The notes under the pieces were generated by a model. It was not told the DNA's origin. It saw only the letters and a list, made by a program, of their open reading frames with translations, and ran no database searches. Positions 59,048 to 64,000 of a DNA stretch of 64,000 nt are shown one piece after another (the stretch's first letter is position 1; the number at the start of each line of letters is the position of its first letter). The DNA comes from Alphaproteobacteria bacterium (lineage in GTDB: Bacteria; Pseudomonadota; Alphaproteobacteria; MPNO01). The translations under genes were made by a program, and so were the position numbers. The stretch lies in assembly GCA_964291675.2 (NCBI GenBank), contig OZ219865.1:352001-416000 (forward strand), given 5' to 3'.

Positions 59048-59956
59048 CTACCGGGCTTCCACCGGCACGCGGTCGTCCTCGACGGCAGCCGCGCGCATCG
59101 CCTTCTGGATCTTCTCGAAGGCGCGCACCTCGATCTGCCGCACCCGCTCGCGCGATACCCCGAACTCCTGGCTCAGCTCCTCCAGCGTCAGCGGGGTCTC
59201 GGCGAGGCGCCGCATGGTGAGGATCCGCTTCTCCCGCGGGTTCAGGTGATCCATCGCGCCGCGCAGGAGGGCGCGGCGCCGCTGCAGCTCCTCGGCCTCG
59301 GCGAGCAGCGTTTCCTGCGAGTCCGAATCGTCGACCAGCCAGTCCATCCACTCGCCTTCGCCGTCCGCGCGAAGCGGCGCGTTGAGCGAGTTGTCCGGCG
59401 CCGCCATCCGGCGGTTCATCTGCACCACCTCGTCTTCCGAGACGTTGAGCCGGGTGGCGATCTCGGTCACCTTCTCGGGGTGCAGGTCGCCCTCCTCGAT
59501 CGCCTTGATCTCGCCCTTGATGCGCCGCAGGTTGAAGAACAGCTTCTTCTGGGCGGCGGTGGTGCCGATCTTCACCAGCGACCAGGAGTGCAGGATGTAT
59601 TCCTGGATCGCCGCGCGAATCCACCACATCGCATAGGTGGCGAGCCGGAACCCGCGGTCCGGGTCGAACCGCTTGACCGCCTGCATCATCCCGACATTGC
59701 CCTCCGAGATCAGCTCGCCCATCGGCAGCCCGTAGCCGCGATAGCCGGAGGCGATCTTGGCCACCAGCCGCAGATGGCTGGTCACCAGCCGGTGGGCCGC
59801 CTCGGTGTCGCCGTCCTCGCGCCAGCGCTTGGCCAGCATGAACTCCTCGTCCGCCTCCAGGATGGGGAATTTGCGGATATCCCGGAGATAGCGCGAGAGA
59901 TTGCTCTCGGGGTCGAGCTGCGGTGCCGCGGGAACCGCTGCCGTTCTCGCTGCCAT
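59048..59956 (-). CDS. rpoH: RNA polymerase sigma-32 factor
   Basis: RpoH box QKKLFFNLR, SHLRLV, SRERVRQIE. Confidence 0.97.
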   Translation of the reverse strand: MAARTAAVPAAPQLDPESNLSRYLRDIRKFPILEADEEFMLAKRWREDGDTEAAHRLVTSHLRLVAKIASGYRGYGLPMGELISEGNVGMMQAVKRFDPDRGFRLATYAMWWIRAAIQEYILHSWSLVKIGTTAAQKKLFFNLRRIKGEIKAIEEGDLHPEKVTEIATRLNVSEDEVVQMNRRMAAPDNSLNAPLRADGEGEWMDWLVDDSDSQETLLAEAEELQRRRALLRGAMDHLNPREKRILTMRRLAETPLTLEELSQEFGVSRERVRQIEVRAFEKIQKAMRAAAVEDDRVPVEAR

Positions 59957-60043
59957 CGACTTCTCCTCCTGGGGGCTGCCGCTGCTCATGCCGCCACGCC
60001 TGTCAAACGGTGAAACGGGAACCCGCGACCCGGGGTCCGGAGG

Positions 60044-60067
60044 AGATATGGCGTGGCACGGGCCAAT
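60044..60067 (-). promoter_or_regulatory. Possible sigma-32-type promoter of rpoH
   Basis: Minus strand ATTG-N12-CCATATCT resembles the alphaproteobacterial RpoH consensus. Confidence 0.3.
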
Positions 60068-61066
60068 TTACCACATCTCCTTCAGAGCGTTTTCCAATAG
60101 CCTGAGTTCATTCGGCAAATCGGTTTCGAACAGAAGCTCCTCGCCGCTGCCCGGATGGCGGAAGCCGAGCCGGTGGGCGTGCAGCGCGTGACGTTCGAGT
60201 CCCGCCACCGCGCCCGCTCCGCGCTCGCCCAGGGTGCGGCGCCGCGCGGCCGTCAGCCCGCCGCCATAGCTGGCGTCGCCGATCACCGGCAGTCCGCGGT
60301 GGGCGAGATGCACGCGTATCTGGTGGGTCCGCCCGGTGGCGAGCCTGCATTCGAGCCGGCTGGCGGCGGTGCCGAACCGCCGGACCAGGCGGTAGCGGGT
60401 CAGCGCCGCCCTGCCGCCGGTGGCGAGCACCGCCATCTTCTTGCGGTTGCGCGCGCTCCGCCCGATATTGCCGGCGATCTCGCCGGACGGCCGCGCCGGC
60501 GTGCCCCAGGCGAAGGCGGTGTAGGCGCGGGCGACGCTGCGCGCCTTGAACTGGGCGGCGAGCGAGGCATGGCTGCGGTCGTTCTTCGCCGCCACCATCA
60601 GGCCGCTGGTCGGCTTGTCGAGCCGGTGCACGATGCCGGGCCGGCGCACGCCGCCGATGCCCGACAGCGAGTCGCCGCAATGCGCGATCAGCGCGTTGAC
60701 CAGGGTGCCGTCGGGGTTTCCGGGGGCGGGGTGGACCACCAGCCCGGCCTGCTTGTCGACCACGATCACGTCATCGTCCTCGTACAGGACGGCGAGGGGA
60801 ATGCGCTCCCCCGCCGGCAGCGGGTCGGCAATCTCGGGAACGATTACGGCGAAAATTTGGCCCGGTTTGACCTTGTATGAGGGCTCTTCTATCGTCCCCG
60901 CCGCGCCCGGGAGCGTGACCGCCCCGCTCTCGATCAGCCGCTTGATCCTGGTCCGCGAGAGCCCGAGCGCGCCGGCGAGGACGCGGTCGAGCCGCCCGCC
61001 CGCGGATTCGGGCGTCGCGGTGACCGTACGGCAGTCGCCCGCCGGGCCTTCGCTGGGTGCCAACAT
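60068..61066 (-). CDS. rluD: RluD-type 23S rRNA pseudouridine synthase
   Basis: S4 domain, RPGIVHRLDK, TGRTHQIRVH; upstream of rpoH. Confidence 0.92.
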   Translation of the reverse strand: MLAPSEGPAGDCRTVTATPESAGGRLDRVLAGALGLSRTRIKRLIESGAVTLPGAAGTIEEPSYKVKPGQIFAVIVPEIADPLPAGERIPLAVLYEDDDVIVVDKQAGLVVHPAPGNPDGTLVNALIAHCGDSLSGIGGVRRPGIVHRLDKPTSGLMVAAKNDRSHASLAAQFKARSVARAYTAFAWGTPARPSGEIAGNIGRSARNRKKMAVLATGGRAALTRYRLVRRFGTAASRLECRLATGRTHQIRVHLAHRGLPVIGDASYGGGLTAARRRTLGERGAGAVAGLERHALHAHRLGFRHPGSGEELLFETDLPNELRLLENALKEMW

Positions 61067-61088
61067 GGCGGGAGAGTGAGCACAATCC

Positions 61089-61370
61089 ATGCCGGCGCTC
61101 AAGGCTCTCGTGATCGGGATGGCGCTACTTATTGTCGCAGGGCTGGCGGTGGTCGCGGTCACCATCGCCAACCGGACGCTGGATGGCGGCGGCCCCACGG
61201 ATGCCGCTCTCGCGCTGCCGCGGGGCGCCGAGATCCTCGAGACCGCGCTCGACGGCGGGCGCATCGCGCTCCGCCTGCGGCTCGCCGACGGCAGCACGGC
61301 GATCCACGTCTACGACCTCGATACCGGAGAGCGCGCGGCGGTCGCCCGGATCGAGCCCGGCGGCGGCTAA
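61089..61370 (+). CDS. Small membrane-anchored hypothetical protein
   Basis: N-terminal TM LKALVIGMALLIVAG; divergent from rluD. Confidence 0.75.
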   Translation: MPALKALVIGMALLIVAGLAVVAVTIANRTLDGGGPTDAALALPRGAEILETALDGGRIALRLRLADGSTAIHVYDLDTGERAAVARIEPGGG

Positions 61371-61417
61371 CCCGGCTTGATCCGCGCCGCAGAACCCGGT
61401 ATCCATGTGTCCGCGGC

Positions 61418-61493
61418 GTCCCCTTCGTCTAGTGGCCTAGGACATCGGCCTCTCACGCCGAAAACAGGGGTTCGAGTCCCCTAGGGGACGCCA
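61418..61493 (+). tRNA. tRNA-Glu(CTC)
   Basis: GTCCCCT acceptor, CTCTCAC anticodon loop, TTCGAGT T-loop, CCA. Confidence 0.97.
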
Positions 61494-61744
61494 GCTTTTT
61501 TCCTAATTCCTTGAAAATATAGATTCTTTCGAGACGTCCGACAGTGTACCCCACATTCTGTCTGCCCCGTCGCGTAACCCATTGAACTGCATGGAATCAG
61601 GCGGGATGGTGTGGGGAATTGGGGTTTGCTTTAGCGACGAGCGCGACCGGGCGCCGGTCATGCGGGAAGCGGCCTGCCCGGTCGACCATCTGAATGCGAG
61701 GCTCGCGGCGCTCGGGAACGGCGCCGCACATCGGGGAGAATGAC

Positions 61745-62047
61745 ATGCGGATGATCGTTACTGCGGCCCTCGCCGTGATCCTCACCGCCGGCGCGGCTGG
61801 CGCGTGCGAGGTCGAAGACTGGCGGTGGGAGTACACGGCGATCATGAACGCGCTCCAAATCGAGGGCGTGACCACCTGCGCCAAGGGCGAGATGTCCGTC
61901 CGCATTTACGAAGCAGAAGGGGAGAAGCTCAAGTTCCTAGCCGTCGATAACGCCTATGTCGAGCGGCACATATTCCAGTCAATGGTTACCGGCATCGCGC
62001 GGAAACCCGCCAAGCTGACTATCAAGTACACCATCGACGCGGAATAG
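61745..62047 (+). CDS. Small secreted hypothetical protein
   Basis: GGAG RBS, signal peptide, beta-rich mature part with two Cys. Confidence 0.7.
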   Translation: MRMIVTAALAVILTAGAAGACEVEDWRWEYTAIMNALQIEGVTTCAKGEMSVRIYEAEGEKLKFLAVDNAYVERHIFQSMVTGIARKPAKLTIKYTIDAE

Positions 62048-62145
62048 GCAGGTCGCGGCGTTCGGGAATGACGCCACCCAACCGGGAGGCGGCTGCCGCA
62101 CCGCTCGCGCTCGGGGAACATAGCCCGAGACATGGAGCGGGCTCC

Positions 62146-62440
62146 TGGTGCCGGACAGGTGGATTGAAATGATTTGACCGGTGCGCCGGGCATTCGAAGG
62201 ATCGACGCCCATGGCAAAGCACCGCACCCACAGCATCGCCTTCAAGCGCCAGGTCGTTGAGGAGTATCTCGCCGGCGAGACGCTCCACGGTTTGGCCCGC
62301 CGTCCCGACCTGTTCCGCACCCCGATCCGGATCTGGGTGGACAAGTACGAGACTGGCGCCTTCCACGAGGAGGCCGAGGCGGCCGGCATGATCCAGGAAT
62401 ACGAGGCCCGGATCGCCGCGCTAGAACGCCCAGTCGGCCC
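62146..62440 (+). mobile_element. IS3-family remnant (left end plus truncated OrfA)
   Basis: TG-starting end, then ATG at 62211: MAKHRTHSIAFKRQVVEEYLAGETLHGLARR...EARIAALER (HTH plus zipper). No DDE OrfB. Confidence 0.75.
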
Positions 62441-62568
62441 GCCGCTGGGTCGATCGGAGCACCGGGCGCGAAGTAAGCTGTCCGTCGCCCACAACCGCCG
62501 CCGCACCAAGCGGCCCGCCGATCAGGGAATCGTCGACCGCCGTTCCCACGCCATAGCCGCGCCGACCT

Positions 62569-63285
62569 CTACAGCTCGCGCAGCAGGCGGCCGTAGCCGT
62601 CGATGCGGTCGTCGATGCCGCAGCGGCGCAGCGACTCCCACACGATGGCCTGGATGGCGGCGATCACGGTGATGCCGAATCGCCGCTCCAGCGGTTCGAT
62701 GAGGTCGATCACGCCCCAATGCGGTGCGGGGATGTAGAGCGTGTCGGCGTCGGGGCGGGAGCGGCACAGCGCTTCGGCGAGCCCGGCGATCTCGTTCCGC
62801 GGCATGGTGGCGAGCTCGGCCACGGTCTTCCCGGCGCCGCGCGACTCCAGCAGGTCGAAGCCGCAATCGGCGAGGTAGCCCGCGTCGAACCCGCCCGGCT
62901 CGGCGAAGGGGTGGAGCAGGACCAGCTTGTCCGCGCCCGCGGCCCGCAGCGCGTTGACCTGGGCGGTGAGGCTGGACGTCACCGGAACGCCGATCTCCGC
63001 CTCGGTCCGGCGCATCGCCTCGGCGAGCCCGTCACGGCCCATCGACAGGTTGATCGGCACGCCGCCGAACACCACGATGTCGACCCCGGCGCCCCCCATC
63101 TCGCGGGCCGCCTCCAGGGTCATCTCGACGCTGCGCGCGGTCTCTTCGGCCGTGAGCCGCTTGATGGCGAGCGTGGTGAGCACCAGCGTCACGCCTTGCG
63201 GGACCATCCTGTAGAACTCGTAGGGAAAGGTCTCGGTCAGGAAGGGCGGCGAGGTGTAGCCGATCCGGGCGCGGTAGCCGTACAT
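62569..63285 (-). CDS. Maleate isomerase / arylmalonate decarboxylase (Asp/Glu racemase) family protein
   Basis: RARIG, PVTSS.TA..NALR, LERRFGITVI, GYGRLL. Confidence 0.85.
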   Translation of the reverse strand: MYGYRARIGYTSPPFLTETFPYEFYRMVPQGVTLVLTTLAIKRLTAEETARSVEMTLEAAREMGGAGVDIVVFGGVPINLSMGRDGLAEAMRRTEAEIGVPVTSSLTAQVNALRAAGADKLVLLHPFAEPGGFDAGYLADCGFDLLESRGAGKTVAELATMPRNEIAGLAEALCRSRPDADTLYIPAPHWGVIDLIEPLERRFGITVIAAIQAIVWESLRRCGIDDRIDGYGRLLREL

Positions 63286-63302
63286 GGGGCCTCCCCGGCG
63301 GG

Positions 63303-64000
63303 TCAGGCCGCGTCGAGGCGGAGCAGCGCGCGGGCGTTGGTCTCGTAAATGCGCCTGCGCGCCGCCGCATCGATGTCGAGCGCATCGACCGCATCGATGG
63401 TGCCGCCGATGAACAGCGCCCCGCCCTCCGGGTCGAACGGGGCGTCGGTCGCGAACAGGCTGCGTCCGGCGCCGAAGAATTCGTAGCCGCACACGGTTGC
63501 CGGGCGCGAGCCGTTGAGCGCCGTGTCGCCATACAGCATGCGGTAATAGTCGATGGGCTGCTTGTCGAGCCCGGCGCGGGCGGCGAGCGGATTGTCGCCG
63601 ATCCCGCCCTCGAAGAGCTGCTCGAAGCCGATGGCGATCTTCTCCGCGAAGAACGGGATCATGCCGCCCATGTGGTGGGTGACGATCTTGAGGCCGGGCA
63701 GGGCGTCGAACAGGCCGGAGAAGATCAGCCGCGCCATGCAGGCGCTGGTCTCGTAGGGCCAGCCGAAGGTGAACCAGATCTCGTGCTCGGAAAACTCCTC
63801 GCTCACGTAGTCGGGGTGGTTGGGCCCGCGGATCGGATGCACCCAGACCGGCAGGTCGTGCCCCGCCAGGCATTCGAACAGGGGGCGGAACGGGGCGGCG
63901 CTGAGCGGCCGGCCCAATACGTTGGTGAAGACCTGCACGCCGCGCGCGCCGAGCTCGCCGATCGCGCGCTCGGCTTCGGCCACCGCGCCGTCCGGGTCGT
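63303..64000 (-). CDS. Amidohydrolase_2 (ACMSD/decarboxylase-like), 5' end outside window
   Basis: PVWVHP, FGWPYETS, THHMGGMIPF, LFATDAPF. Confidence 0.88.
   Translation of the reverse strand, partial: DPDGAVAEAERAIGELGARGVQVFTNVLGRPLSAAPFRPLFECLAGHDLPVWVHPIRGPNHPDYVSEEFSEHEIWFTFGWPYETSACMARLIFSGLFDALPGLKIVTHHMGGMIPFFAEKIAIGFEQLFEGGIGDNPLAARAGLDKQPIDYYRMLYGDTALNGSRPATVCGYEFFGAGRSLFATDAPFDPEGGALFIGGTIDAVDALDIDAAARRRIYETNARALLRLDAA

Overview
High-GC alphaproteobacterial chromosome segment, probably Rhodospirillales-like. This rests on the pcm-tolC-popZ-valS, glnB-glnA and rluD-rpoH gene orders and a tRNA-His that keeps G-1/C73. A secreted ankyrin protein hints at a host-associated lifestyle (inference). 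Housekeeping blocks alternate with many catabolic enzyme genes. Three of the four tRNAs have integrase-less accessory islets at their 3' ends. tRNA-Asn carries hicAB, an orphan type I HsdM/HsdS with altered catalytic motifs, a DUF2335-like pseudogene and a duplicated leader. tRNA-Cys carries a lower-GC, translationally coupled three-gene cassette of unknown function. tRNA-Glu carries a small secreted protein and an IS3-like remnant. The best candidates for undescribed biology are: (1) the tRNA-Cys cassette, possibly a tripartite toxin/defence module with an ART-like effector; (2) an operon of ferredoxin reductase, stand-alone PaaA-like diiron enzyme and Rieske oxygenase; (3) a 417-bp TIR-bounded element inserted in a REP hairpin loop; (4) a LysR, heme-oxygenase-like diiron enzyme and twin decarboxylase-like operon; (5) the possibly inactive HsdM-HsdS. 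All family assignments come from motif recognition by eye, not database searches.
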